Shown piece by piece: positions 9,743 to 19,864 of a stretch of DNA of 64,000 bases. The translations under genes were made by a program, and so were the position numbers. Numbering within the stretch: the stretch's first letter is position 1; every line of letters begins with the position of its first letter. Under the pieces are notes generated by a model. It was given only the letters and a program-made list of their open reading frames with translations. It did not search any database and was not told where the DNA came from. The stretch is from Thermodesulfobacteriota bacterium (GTDB taxonomy: Bacteria; Desulfobacterota_D; UBA1144; Nemesobacterales; JAJCZQ01): assembly GCA_965215275.1 (NCBI GenBank), contig OZ244044.1:1792001-1856000 (forward strand), read 5' to 3'.

Positions 9743-11233
9743 CTATCCTTCTGAACCGTCCAGAAATTTTTTTACGACCTCTCTGTCGTCAAAATCGATC
9801 TTCTTATCTCCGATGATCTGATAGTTCTCATGACCCTTACCCGCTATCAGGATAATGTCGTCTTTTCCGGCAAGTTCGATCGATCTTTTTATGGCCTTCT
9901 CTCTGCTGACGATCTTCGTATAGTTGTTACGAATTGAAGGTACGGACCTGATCCCTACCTCAATGTCGTTAATGATCTTTTCAGGGTCTTCCGATCTTGG
10001 ATTATCTGAAGTTATTATCACGTGATCAGAGAACTGACCGGCGATTTTACCCATCATGGCCCTTTTGTCTTCATCCCTGTCTCCTCCGCATCCAAACACC
10101 GTGATAATACTGCTTTTTTTGAATGGTCGAAGGGCCTTTAAGATGTTCTGGAGTGCGTCGGGTGTATGTGCGTAGTCTATAAAAACTTCAAATCCCGCAC
10201 GGCTTGTAATTTTTTCCAGCCTGCCGGGAACCGTTATATTTTCGGATATTGCGGACCCGATACAGGATAAAGGAACTCCAAGTTCAGACGTGATCGTTAC
10301 TGCCGCCAGGATATTATATAGATTATGTGCTCCTATGAAACTTGATCTTATCCTTAATTTTTCTCCTTTTACCATCAGTTCTGCCTCTATGCCTGAGCGG
10401 GACATCCTGTGACTTATGGAATGTACGTCCGCGTCGTCTGACAGCAGGGAGTAGGAGGCCGTTCTGTCGTCCGTTCCCGCGGCTATTTCCCTGCCGTAAT
10501 GGTCATCGGCGTTAACCACTGCGACCTTGTTCTTTTTAGAACTGTTCTTTAAGACCCTGGTAAAGAGTTTTTTTTTAGAGTCGAAGTACGAATCCATTGA
10601 GCTGTGATAATCCAGATGGTCTCTGGAAAGGTTAGTAAACGCGGCACAGTCAAAATTACAGCCGTCAACCCTGTTCAGGTCCAGAGCGTGGGACGATACT
10701 TCCATGCACACGTTACTCACCTTGTTCTGCCTCATTTCGTACAGAAGTCTGGCAAGTTCTATCGAATCGGGAGTTGTCATGGAGGAGGCTGATGCTTTTC
10801 CAGCGAACCTGTTCTCAATGGTCCCTATGGTCCCGGTTATCCTGTTCTCTTTTTTCCAGATGGCATCAACTATGTTCGATACGGTGGTTTTACCGTTTGT
10901 TCCCGTGACCCCCACTAACGTCAGATCGTCTGACGGATCAAGGTAATAGCTTGAAGCGGTAAAGGGTGTGCATTCCCTTGTGTTGCTTACTCTTACGTAC
11001 GTGATGTCCTCCCGCGTGTTTTCCGGCATGTCCTCCAGAAGTATAGAGGATGCTCCTTTTTCGGCCGCAGAACCAATGAAGTCGTGTCCATCAAAGTTGC
11101 TGCCCCTTATCGCACAGAACATGTATCCCTTTTTTACTTCTTTCGAGTTTGAAGTTATGCCCGTCACTTTACTTTGAAGACTGCCGGTCACGTTTAAGTA
11201 GCTAACATTTTTAAGAACGTCGATTACCTTCAT
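9743..11233 (-). CDS. murE: UDP-MurNAc-dipeptide-meso-DAP ligase
   Basis: TGTNGKTT, MEVSSHAL, DYAHTPDA and DNPR (mDAP-type) motifs; ATG at 11233 overlaps the ftsI stop. Confidence 0.97.
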   Translation of the reverse strand: MKVIDVLKNVSYLNVTGSLQSKVTGITSNSKEVKKGYMFCAIRGSNFDGHDFIGSAAEKGASSILLEDMPENTREDITYVRVSNTRECTPFTASSYYLDPSDDLTLVGVTGTNGKTTVSNIVDAIWKKENRITGTIGTIENRFAGKASASSMTTPDSIELARLLYEMRQNKVSNVCMEVSSHALDLNRVDGCNFDCAAFTNLSRDHLDYHSSMDSYFDSKKKLFTRVLKNSSKKNKVAVVNADDHYGREIAAGTDDRTASYSLLSDDADVHSISHRMSRSGIEAELMVKGEKLRIRSSFIGAHNLYNILAAVTITSELGVPLSCIGSAISENITVPGRLEKITSRAGFEVFIDYAHTPDALQNILKALRPFKKSSIITVFGCGGDRDEDKRAMMGKIAGQFSDHVIITSDNPRSEDPEKIINDIEVGIRSVPSIRNNYTKIVSREKAIKRSIELAGKDDIILIAGKGHENYQIIGDKKIDFDDREVVKKFLDGSEG

Positions 11234-13152
11234 ATATCCTGACTCAAAGTGAATGAGCATATGGTATCACTTTTTATTTTTTGTCCCGTTTCCGGAGACT
11301 GGGAAACTGCAAAACCGGCTCCGTCGAACTTTACCTCCACCCCCGTCTGACTTGCCCACTTTAATATGTCTCTTTTGCTTTTTCCGGCCAGATCGGGCAT
11401 CAGCTTTTCTCCCGAGAAGTCACTATCCGCCGGTACCCCTAAATGGAACAGGGTCTTTTCCGTAATGGACCTGAAAATAGGAGCTGCCACGGACCCTCCA
11501 TATATGGATTTTTTCGGATTGTGCACAACGACCGCAAGGGTGATCTCAGGTTCATATGCGGGAGCAAATCCTACAAAGGACGCTATGTACCTGTCTTTGT
11601 GGTAACCTCCCGTTTCCAGGTCCGGTATCTGGGCCGTTCCGGTTTTTCCGGCAACCTTATATCCGTTGATCTTCGCATTTTTTCCAGACCCGTTCTCCAC
11701 GACGCCCTGTAAGATGGAGGTGGCCTGCATAGCCGTTTCGTAGGAGATCACTTTTTTCAGTGCCTCCGGACTTTTTTGTTTAACCGTTATACCGTCCGGT
11801 GAGTTTATCTGCTTAACGATGTGAGGTTTCATAAGGTATCCACCGTTGGCAATGGCCGACATGGCAGTTGCCAGTTGAAGGGACGTAATGGAGACCCCTT
11901 GTCCGAATGAAATGGTCGCCAGTTCCAGCGGTCCCCATTTTCTGCTGTTCGAAAGCATCCCAGGGGATTCTCCCGGCAGATCAACTCCCAGGACCTTGCC
12001 AAATCCAAAGTCTCTCAGATAACTGTAGAGGTTTGCTTTTCCCACGTTCTCTCCGATCTTGGACGCACATATGTTACTTGATACCTGTATGGTTTCAGAA
12101 ACCGTTAAGATCTCGTGAGGGTAGGCGTCTTTTATAACCTTTGAACCGATCTTCCTTTTTCCGTTTTCACAATCGTAAGTTGAACTGGATTCCACCACTC
12201 CTTCTTCCAGAGCGGCTGCCACAAGGAACACTTTCAACGTTGAACCTGGTTCGAACATCTGCCATATAGAGAAATTCCTTCTGTATTGCTCGGGGAATTC
12301 TGCAAATCTGTTAGGGTTAAAGAACGGATAGGAGGCCATGGCAAGTATCTCTCCCGTGTTCGGGTTCATTGCGACCGCCATTCCACTTTCCGCCTCGGTT
12401 TTTATAATGCCGGTTTTGAGTTCCTTTTCCACTATATGCTGTATAGTGGAATCGATCGTCAGTTGTACTTCATGTCCTCTGGCGGGACTTTCAAGATCAG
12501 CCGGGGTCCTGAGTATCTGTCTTCCCTTGGCGTCTTTTCTGAATCTGATCTTTTGAGGGGTTCCCGACAGTACTTTGTCCATGCCGTACTCTATTCCCTC
12601 GATACCCTTTGAGTCTATATCGGTAAAACCAAGTACCTGTCCGAGCAGATATTCGTTAGGGTAGACCCTCTTGGGTTCCTTTAAAAAACCGATGCCCTCG
12701 ATGTTCAGACCCTTTAATTTTTTTACCAGCTTCTCGTCAGCTAACCTTTTTAACCATACGAATGATTTATTTGACGAGACAAGGGCAAGGACCTTCCTGT
12801 ATTCAAAGTGGGTGTTCGCGGATATTTCCTTAGCGAATTTTTTAGGGTCCCTGATCTGTTTTGGATTTATATAAATGGAGTCGGTATCAACGTTCGTGGC
12901 AAGATACCTGTTGTTCCTGTCAAGGATGTTGCCCCTTCTGGGCAGGAGACCGAACGAACCGAAATGCTGTTTTTCTGCTATCTTGAGTGATTTGTTACGG
13001 TCTGCTACCTGTAACGTGAATGCCTTATAGGCTATGGTCGTAAACGATAGAAAAACGATAAAAGCCGAAATGTAAATTTTCCATTTACCTGTTCTGGAAC
13101 CGTCTTTATAATGGTAAGACCGGTTCCTGTTCCGCTTTTTTATAGTTTTCAT
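11230..13152 (-). CDS. ftsI: Penicillin-binding protein FtsI/PBP3 with C-terminal PASTA domain
   Basis: RGNILDRN, EPGSTLK (SxxK), SSN and KTGTAQ motifs; C-terminal MPDLAGKS PASTA-like segment. Confidence 0.95.
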   Translation of the reverse strand: MKTIKKRNRNRSYHYKDGSRTGKWKIYISAFIVFLSFTTIAYKAFTLQVADRNKSLKIAEKQHFGSFGLLPRRGNILDRNNRYLATNVDTDSIYINPKQIRDPKKFAKEISANTHFEYRKVLALVSSNKSFVWLKRLADEKLVKKLKGLNIEGIGFLKEPKRVYPNEYLLGQVLGFTDIDSKGIEGIEYGMDKVLSGTPQKIRFRKDAKGRQILRTPADLESPARGHEVQLTIDSTIQHIVEKELKTGIIKTEAESGMAVAMNPNTGEILAMASYPFFNPNRFAEFPEQYRRNFSIWQMFEPGSTLKVFLVAAALEEGVVESSSTYDCENGKRKIGSKVIKDAYPHEILTVSETIQVSSNICASKIGENVGKANLYSYLRDFGFGKVLGVDLPGESPGMLSNSRKWGPLELATISFGQGVSITSLQLATAMSAIANGGYLMKPHIVKQINSPDGITVKQKSPEALKKVISYETAMQATSILQGVVENGSGKNAKINGYKVAGKTGTAQIPDLETGGYHKDRYIASFVGFAPAYEPEITLAVVVHNPKKSIYGGSVAAPIFRSITEKTLFHLGVPADSDFSGEKLMPDLAGKSKRDILKWASQTGVEVKFDGAGFAVSQSPETGQKIKSDTICSFTLSQDI

Positions 13153-13457
13153 TTTCTATTACTGATAATAGTCGCTCTTTCCATGTAAAAGATATCGTTC
13201 TGGGTCGGAAATCTGAACCCCAGATTACTGGCTATGATCTCCAGTTTGTACGGTGACTGAAGATTTGACAGCCTGGCCCTTAATTTCTGCCTTTCCTGTA
13301 CCAGTGATTTTTCTCTTTCAGTGTTTTCTGATATTGCGTATCCCGTGTCTATCTGATCCACCTTTATCTTCACAAAGGCCATTGAGAACCCCAGGGTTAA
13401 AACTATTGTCAACAGTGCTATAGATCTTTTGTTCATTGTTTTATATCCTCTCTCCAA
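13149..13457 (-). CDS. ftsL: Cell division protein FtsL-like
   Basis: Short TM plus coiled-coil protein between rsmH and ftsI. Confidence 0.75.
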   Translation of the reverse strand: MERGYKTMNKRSIALLTIVLTLGFSMAFVKIKVDQIDTGYAISENTEREKSLVQERQKLRARLSNLQSPYKLEIIASNLGFRFPTQNDIFYMERATIISNRK

Positions 13458-14406
13458 TTCTCATTTTGGCACTTCTGCATCTTGGATTTTCCATACGCTC
13501 CTCTTCGCTGGGTCTTATGGGGGACTTGGTCAGTATTTTCAAGGTGCTTTTTTTCTGGCAACCGCACACGGGCAGGTCTGGTGGACAGATACAGTTTGAA
13601 CTGAATTCCTTGAAGTAGTTCTTAACGACCCGGTCCTCAAGGGAATGAAAGGATATTATTATCAGCCGCCCTCCGGACTTTAACAGATCGACCGCTTTTT
13701 TTATAAATACCCTTAGATTATCTATTTCGTTGTTCACTGCTATTCGGAGAGCCTGGAACGTCTTTGTTGCAGGGTGTCTGCTTTTTGAATGAAATCTTTT
13801 CGGGATCGAACTGGAAACTATCTCTGCCAGTTCTGCAGCGGTCTTCAGCGGGCCGGATTTTCGTGCCTTGACGATAGACTCGGAGATCCTTTTTGAAAAA
13901 TTTTCCTCTCCGTAATTTTTTATCAGACCTTCGATCTCTTCCGCGGTCATCTCGTTCAGCAGATCGAACGCGGTAAACTGAAGTTTTATGTCCATTCTCA
14001 TGTCGAGGGGGCCGTTACCTGAGAAGCTGAATCCCCTGTTGTCGTTTTCAAGCTGAAAGGATGACATGCCGAGGTCTGCGATTATCCCGTCTACTTTTTC
14101 CACGCCGAGGTCCCTGACCACGCTGTCAATGTCGACAAAATTCTTATTTACGAGGGTCACCTGACTTTTAAACGGTTTCAGGTACTGCTCGGAATACATC
14201 AGAGCTCCCTCGTCTACGTCCAGACCGATTATCTTTGACCTGCAACCCGACATTTCAAGAAGCTGCATGGAGTGTCCTCCTAATCCCACCGTTGCATCTA
14301 CGTATACGCCATCTTCCACCGGGTTAAGATAGTCAACGGCTTCTCTCAACAGGACCGTTTTATGTACAGGCTGATTAACTTTTGTAGCGACTTTATTCAT
14401 TTTCAT
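13441..14406 (-). CDS. rsmH: 16S rRNA m4C1402 methyltransferase
   Basis: HKTVLLRE, DATVGLGGHS, PLDMRM, HPATKTFQALRIAVN and SFHSLEDR motifs. Confidence 0.98.
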   Translation of the reverse strand: MKMNKVATKVNQPVHKTVLLREAVDYLNPVEDGVYVDATVGLGGHSMQLLEMSGCRSKIIGLDVDEGALMYSEQYLKPFKSQVTLVNKNFVDIDSVVRDLGVEKVDGIIADLGMSSFQLENDNRGFSFSGNGPLDMRMDIKLQFTAFDLLNEMTAEEIEGLIKNYGEENFSKRISESIVKARKSGPLKTAAELAEIVSSSIPKRFHSKSRHPATKTFQALRIAVNNEIDNLRVFIKKAVDLLKSGGRLIIISFHSLEDRVVKNYFKEFSSNCICPPDLPVCGCQKKSTLKILTKSPIRPSEEERMENPRCRSAKMRIGERI

Positions 14407-14849
14407 AGTCCGTATTCTGCAAGGATCTCCCTGTTTTTGTTGAACTGCAGATGAGAGCCCTTAAACACCTCCTCATACCAGATATTTTTATCCCATATCT
14501 CGATTTTCTTCAGCATACCCACCATCACTACCTCTTGTGTGATGTTTGCGTGCTTTCTCAGCAGCTGGGGTATTAAGACCCTGCCCTGTCCGTCAACGGG
14601 GCAGTCTGAAGCCCCTCCCATTAAATATCTAATAGAAGCCAGCAGGTTCTCGTTAAACTGGGGCAGGGCGGACATACTGTTCTCGATCTTGCTCCATTCC
14701 TGTAGAGGATAAGCCACCAGACACCTGTCAAAGTTAGTTATGATGAAGAACTCCTCGTCGTATTTTTCACGACAGATCTCCCTGAACTTGGAAGGAATAC
14801 TGACCCTTCCGGTGCTTGTTACCTTGTGTTCATATTGTCCGCGGAACAT
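14403..14849 (-). CDS. mraZ: Division/cell wall cluster repressor MraZ
   Basis: MFRGQYEH, GRVSIPSKFR, DGQGRVLIP and IEIWD motifs; first gene of the dcw cluster. Confidence 0.96.
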   Translation of the reverse strand: MFRGQYEHKVTSTGRVSIPSKFREICREKYDEEFFIITNFDRCLVAYPLQEWSKIENSMSALPQFNENLLASIRYLMGGASDCPVDGQGRVLIPQLLRKHANITQEVVMVGMLKKIEIWDKNIWYEEVFKGSHLQFNKNREILAEYGL

Positions 14850-14854
14850 GATTA

Positions 14855-14900
14855 ACCAAACTGTACCATTTTATGCCATAATATATACTTTATATGCCAT
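14855..14900 (-). promoter_or_regulatory. Putative MraZ-binding direct repeats
   Basis: Minus-strand TGG cores (plus-strand CCA) at 14856, 14866, 14876 and 14897, ~10-bp period, between the promoter and the mraZ ATG. Confidence 0.65.
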
Positions 14901-14906
14901 TTGATT

Positions 14907-14935
14907 ACGATATAAGAAATAAGTTAAAATGTCAA
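14907..14935 (-). promoter_or_regulatory. sigma70-type promoter of the dcw operon
   Basis: TTGACA (14935-14930), 17 nt, TATCGT (14912-14907). Confidence 0.6.
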
Positions 14936-14994
14936 GCGTTATGAGGATAAGTAAAAAAATTATATGTTTTAAGCGGTTTTGAACTGGATGATCA

Positions 14995-15213
14995 ATGCCG
15001 GATATTTTCATAAGACTTCATAAGAAAAGTCAGAATGTATTGCTGCAGTCCGTTCTGGGCAGCTATTCACATTTGATGTGGGTGAGAACCGAGGACCGGA
15101 AAAGTGCACTTGTCAGGGTTGCCACGACCGATGACCTCTATCAGGAAACTGTCGGTGTACTCAAAAGTATAAGGTCATACATTGGCTATGATATTGTAAA
15201 AGCTGATAAATGA
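14995..15213 (+). CDS. Small hypothetical protein, DUF4911-like
   Basis: 72 aa; stop overlaps the murJ start; resembles the DUF4911 pattern from memory only. Confidence 0.55.
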   Translation: MPDIFIRLHKKSQNVLLQSVLGSYSHLMWVRTEDRKSALVRVATTDDLYQETVGVLKSIRSYIGYDIVKADK

Positions 15214-16760
15214 GCATGGACAGCGGTACTGTCAGGAACTGGGGATTGGTCGGGCTGTTTACCTTTGTAAGCAGGCTGATCGGCTATGTCAGGGACGTTA
15301 TAATCGTTTATTTTTTCGGTGCTTCATATCAGACCGATGCATTTTACGTTGCGTTCAGGATACCTAACCTTCTAAGGCGTCTGTTTGCGGAAGGGTCGAT
15401 CACGGTAGCGTTCGTACCGATATTTACCAGATATCTGAACAAGGGGAAGAGTTCGGCCAGGGACGCTCTCAATTCAGTATTTACGGTCCTTTTCCTTGTA
15501 GTTTTTGCCGTATCGGTACTGGGAGTGATATTTTCTCCTTTGATAGTAAAGATATTCGCCTACGGATTTGATGAAAGGACCATGAACCTGGCGGTTGAGT
15601 TAAACCGTATCGTGTTCCCCTATATTCTGTTTATATCCCTTGCTTCGCTCGCAATGGGCATTTTGAACTCCTTAAAGCACTTTTTTGCCCCGGCTTTTTC
15701 CCCGGTCCTTTTCAATCTGGCAATAATAGGGAGCATTGCTCTTTTTTACGGATTTTTTGAAAAACCGATAACTGCACTTGCGGTGGGCGTCTGTACAGGC
15801 GGATTACTTCAACTGGCGATCAACGTACCTTTTCTGATCAGAAAAAGGTACATGTTCAGGTTCACTGCCAAGCTGAATCATCCTGCGGTAAAAAGCATGG
15901 CGCTGCTGATGGTCCCGCAGCTTTTTGGAATAGCCGTTTACAATCTGAACATCATTGTAAATACGCAGTACGCCTCGTTTATGCCCAGCGGAACGGTCAC
16001 GTTCCTGTATCTTTCGGAAAGGCTGATCGAGTTCCCTCTTGGGATCATAGCCGTTTCTATTGCCACCGTGATGTTACCGAGACTGTCCCAGGACATTGCA
16101 GGTGGTAACATGGATGCCTTCAGAAAAGGTTATGCCTATTCACTGAGGTTAATGATGTTCATTATCGTTCCCTGCCTCTTCGGACTGATTGCCCTCAGGG
16201 TACCGATCTGTTCAGTGCTTTTTGAAAGAGGGGAGTTTACAAGGGACGAGGTAATATGGACGGCACACGCTCTTTTGGGATATTCGGTGGGGTTATGGGC
16301 AGTTGGCGGGCTCAGGATCACGGTGCCGGCGTTCTATGCACTGAGGGATACTAGAACGCCCGTTACGGTGGCGTTCATTGCATTTGTTACAAATGCGGTC
16401 CTGGGCTATTTTCTGGGACTTTACCTGTCTCTTTATCAGTTTGGTCTGGCCCTGGCGAGTTCCATTTCCGCCACTGTAAATTTTCTTTTACTTATATATC
16501 TTCTTAACAGGCGTACGAAAAACCTTCTTTCCCGTGGGTCCGCAGGTTTTGCCGTGAAGACGGTCGCCTTTTCAGTGATAATGGGCCTTGCGGCATGGAA
16601 GGCCTCTCAGTACGTAAACTGGACCGGTAACGAAACGTACTTGAACGTTTTGTTCCTGGTGCTGATCATTTTATTATCGCTTGCTGTCTACTGTGGTTTG
16701 TCAAAAATGTTTAACGTCAGGGAACTGAACGACCTGAGGGAGATGATACCCAGGAAGTAA
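15210..16760 (+). CDS. murJ: Lipid II flippase MurJ (MviN)
   Basis: SRLIGYVRD, AFRIPNLLRRLFAEG and ERLIEFPLG motifs; many TM helices. Confidence 0.96.
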   Translation: MSMDSGTVRNWGLVGLFTFVSRLIGYVRDVIIVYFFGASYQTDAFYVAFRIPNLLRRLFAEGSITVAFVPIFTRYLNKGKSSARDALNSVFTVLFLVVFAVSVLGVIFSPLIVKIFAYGFDERTMNLAVELNRIVFPYILFISLASLAMGILNSLKHFFAPAFSPVLFNLAIIGSIALFYGFFEKPITALAVGVCTGGLLQLAINVPFLIRKRYMFRFTAKLNHPAVKSMALLMVPQLFGIAVYNLNIIVNTQYASFMPSGTVTFLYLSERLIEFPLGIIAVSIATVMLPRLSQDIAGGNMDAFRKGYAYSLRLMMFIIVPCLFGLIALRVPICSVLFERGEFTRDEVIWTAHALLGYSVGLWAVGGLRITVPAFYALRDTRTPVTVAFIAFVTNAVLGYFLGLYLSLYQFGLALASSISATVNFLLLIYLLNRRTKNLLSRGSAGFAVKTVAFSVIMGLAAWKASQYVNWTGNETYLNVLFLVLIILLSLAVYCGLSKMFNVRELNDLREMIPRK

Positions 16761-16804
16761 TGGGGTGGTGCTTGGTGCTGAATTAAGTACTGGTTTTTCG
16801 GATC

Positions 16805-17458
16805 ATGAAAAATACCGTTTTTTTAAGTCCCGTACGTCTGGACGAATTAGAGGTCAAATATGCAGAGATGCTTGAAGATGATCCTGCCTCAGACTGTTTT
16901 GTCCCGCTTTCGCAGCTGTTGATAACGAGAAGAAAAACGGATGAGGCCCTAAAAGTACTCAGCAGAGGAGTTCGGCACGATAAGGAGAACGTTACGGCAA
17001 GGTATTTACTGGGAAAGATATATTTTGAGCGGTGGATGGTAGATAAAGCCAGAAAAGAGCTTGAGATGGCAGTGAAACTGGACCCTGGCAACATTGATGC
17101 TTCAAAAGTGCTGCTGCAGATATATTCAAGCAGGGGAGATCTTGAAACTGCCCTGGACCTTGCAAGGAACCTGTGTTTCTGCCATCCTAATAACAAAGAG
17201 ATCAGAGACCTTTTTGATCAGGTCAAAGGGATCGGTCCTGCCGGCAAGGACGGGAGACGGAACTTCCGTTCGGCTGTTTATCTGAAGGAGAACGAAAGCT
17301 GCCAAGGTAACGACCTTGCAACTGAAACGCTTGCGGATTTATATTCTGATCAGGGACATTATGATAAGGCGGTTAAAATATTAGATATACTTCTGAAGCA
17401 GGATCCATTTAATATGAAACTGTTACAAAAAAGGCAGAAGACAGAAAGCCTTAAATAA
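16805..17458 (+). CDS. Tetratricopeptide repeat protein
   Basis: TPR-like helices (ARYLLGKIY...AVKLDPGN); C-terminal ATETLADLYSDQGHYDKA motif. Confidence 0.75.
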   Translation: MKNTVFLSPVRLDELEVKYAEMLEDDPASDCFVPLSQLLITRRKTDEALKVLSRGVRHDKENVTARYLLGKIYFERWMVDKARKELEMAVKLDPGNIDASKVLLQIYSSRGDLETALDLARNLCFCHPNNKEIRDLFDQVKGIGPAGKDGRRNFRSAVYLKENESCQGNDLATETLADLYSDQGHYDKAVKILDILLKQDPFNMKLLQKRQKTESLK

Positions 17459-17467
17459 GTACAGATC

Positions 17468-17962
17468 GTGCAAGGGAGGAACATATTGAAAATATTAATT
17501 ATAAACGGTCCGAATCTTAACATGCTCGGAAAAAGAGAGACGGATATCTATGGCAGCGTCAAGTTGGAGGATATAGACAGGTTACTGACGGACGAGTCCA
17601 AGAGCATTGATGAGAACCTGGTCCTGGAATTCTTTCAGTCGAATTCAGAAGGTGAAATAGTAGGTCATATTCAGCTTGCTCTTGACAGCTGTGACGGGAT
17701 ACTGATCAATCCCGCTGCTTACACCCACACGAGCGTGGCAATTCGTGATGCGTTACTGTCCACCGGACTTCCGGTGGTCGAGGTACATATTTCCAATATT
17801 TTTAAGCGAGAGGAGTTCAGGCACAGGTCCTTTGTGTCAGAGGTCTGCGTTGGAGTGATCTCCGGGTTCGGAGTGGATAGTTATTTACTGGGGCTCAGGG
17901 GGCTGTATAATTTTATCCGTTATTCTGGCGACAGGGCCGAAAGTGACCCGGTACGGGATTAA
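17468..17962 (+). CDS. aroQ: Type II 3-dehydroquinate dehydratase
   Basis: [35 protein letters not shown] and EVHISN motifs. Confidence 0.97.
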   Translation: MQGRNILKILIINGPNLNMLGKRETDIYGSVKLEDIDRLLTDESKSIDENLVLEFFQSNSEGEIVGHIQLALDSCDGILINPAAYTHTSVAIRDALLSTGLPVVEVHISNIFKREEFRHRSFVSEVCVGVISGFGVDSYLLGLRGLYNFIRYSGDRAESDPVRD

Positions 17963-18066
17963 AAAAGTGAAAGCACCTGAAAACCTTTCAGTTTTATCTG
18001 CAGGTCCGTTATCACCGGGCATAATGGACGGCTTTTTGTTTGAGGTACCAAGGGTATAAGGGCATT

Positions 18067-19785
18067 ATGAAAAATAACTGGCTTCTTGCTAAAGAGAACT
18101 CAAAGCTCAGAGGGAAAATTACCCAGCGGACCGATATTTTGCCGGTTACGGCACAACTGCTGATAAACAGAGGGATCAAAGACGATCTGGAGGCTTCTGA
18201 TTTTTTAAACCCCAGGTTGTTCGATCTCCCCTCACCGTTTCTGATGAAGGACATGGACGTTGCGGTCAGAAGACTTTACAAAGCACTGATAAACGGCGAG
18301 AAGGTTGCCATATACGGCGATTATGACGTTGACGGAGTAACGTCCACTTCGCTGTTTTACGGTTTTGCACACCAGCTTGGTATGAACGTCGTGGCCTACA
18401 ATCCAGACAGAATAAGTGAAGGATATGGAATTAATACTGAAGCAGTTAAGCAGCTTGCCGAGCAGGGAGTGACTTTGATCGTTTCCGCTGATTGTGGTAT
18501 AACGGCACACCATGAGGTTGAATTTGCCAGGGAACGCGGAGCTGATTTTATCATTACCGATCATCACCAGCCACCTGACAAGGTTCCAGGCTCCGTGGCA
18601 GTATTGAATCCTCAGCAGAAGGACTGTAACTATCCCACCGGAGAAATAACGGGCGTGGGCGTTGTTTTTAACCTTGTACTGGCCTTCAGACGTTTTTTAA
18701 GGGATAAAGGGTTCTTTAAGGATGGAGAGCCGAGAGAGCCGAACCTCGCTGACTGTCTGGACCTTGTTGCACTTGGAACGGTCGCTGACTGTGCACCGCT
18801 TCTCAACGTCAACAGGATCATGGTCAAGGAAGGGATTAAAAGGATAGCTAATTCCAGAAGACCGGGAATAAGGGCTTTGAAAGACGTCAGTGGTTTAAGG
18901 GACCGGGTGAGTTCCTATGATCTGGGTTTTAAACTTGCTCCCAGGATAAACGCCGTGGGAAGGCTTAAAAGTTCACGGGCAGCCATTGACCTTTTAACCA
19001 CGGACGACCCTGAGGTGGCAAAAAGCCTTGCCGTGGGCCTGGATAAGGAAAATACAGACAGAAAGATCATTGAGAAAAGCGTACTGGACGAAGCGATCAG
19101 AATGTACGAGACGAACGATAGCTTTAAAAAGAGCGGTTCGATCGTTCTGTCCTCGGACAGATGGCACCAGGGGGTCATCGGTATAGTGGCTTCAAGGCTG
19201 AGTGAGCTGTACAGAAAGCCGACTTTCCTGATCGCCCTTGATGACAGCGGATCAGGCAAAGGTTCGGGCAGGAGCATAGAAGGAATAAATATTTATAGTA
19301 TACTCTCGGAGATCGGGGAGGTGTTTGAAAGTTACGGCGGGCATGAACAGGCAGCCGGCATAACTATAAAAAAAGACAGAATAGAGGATTTCAGAAAGCT
19401 TTTTTCAAAGGCCGTTTCAAAGATCAGGGTGGCTCGGGACAGGGTAATAAATATAGATATGGAACTTGAACTGGACAGGATCGATCTGCCGCTGCTGAAA
19501 GAGATCCAGCGCCTTGCTCCTTTCGGCGTTGGTAATCCGGAGCCTGTCTTTATGGTCAGCGAAGTAAATATAGAGAATCAGAGACTGATCAAAGGGCAGC
19601 ATTTTAATGCACTGATAAGCAACGGAAGGTCCTCTCTTGATGCGGTGTGGTTCTACGCTGATAATAAAACTGAACTGCCAGAGGTTGCCGATGTTATCTT
19701 TACTCCTAAAATAGACACGTGGAACGGTGACGAGAGGATAAAACTTCATATTAAAGACGTTCACCGGAGAGATGAAGGCGGATAA
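18067..19785 (+). CDS. recJ: Single-stranded-DNA-specific exonuclease RecJ
   Basis: YGDYDVDG, TDHH (DHH), LGTVAD, APRINAVGRL and GGHEQAAG motifs. Confidence 0.96.
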   Translation: MKNNWLLAKENSKLRGKITQRTDILPVTAQLLINRGIKDDLEASDFLNPRLFDLPSPFLMKDMDVAVRRLYKALINGEKVAIYGDYDVDGVTSTSLFYGFAHQLGMNVVAYNPDRISEGYGINTEAVKQLAEQGVTLIVSADCGITAHHEVEFARERGADFIITDHHQPPDKVPGSVAVLNPQQKDCNYPTGEITGVGVVFNLVLAFRRFLRDKGFFKDGEPREPNLADCLDLVALGTVADCAPLLNVNRIMVKEGIKRIANSRRPGIRALKDVSGLRDRVSSYDLGFKLAPRINAVGRLKSSRAAIDLLTTDDPEVAKSLAVGLDKENTDRKIIEKSVLDEAIRMYETNDSFKKSGSIVLSSDRWHQGVIGIVASRLSELYRKPTFLIALDDSGSGKGSGRSIEGINIYSILSEIGEVFESYGGHEQAAGITIKKDRIEDFRKLFSKAVSKIRVARDRVINIDMELELDRIDLPLLKEIQRLAPFGVGNPEPVFMVSEVNIENQRLIKGQHFNALISNGRSSLDAVWFYADNKTELPEVADVIFTPKIDTWNGDERIKLHIKDVHRRDEGG

Positions 19786-19864
19786 ACGTGCCTTTATAAT
19801 GCTTGGTTTATATGATACTGTCTTCTGCGTTCATAACTGATAATGTTATTTAAGAGGTTCTCCA

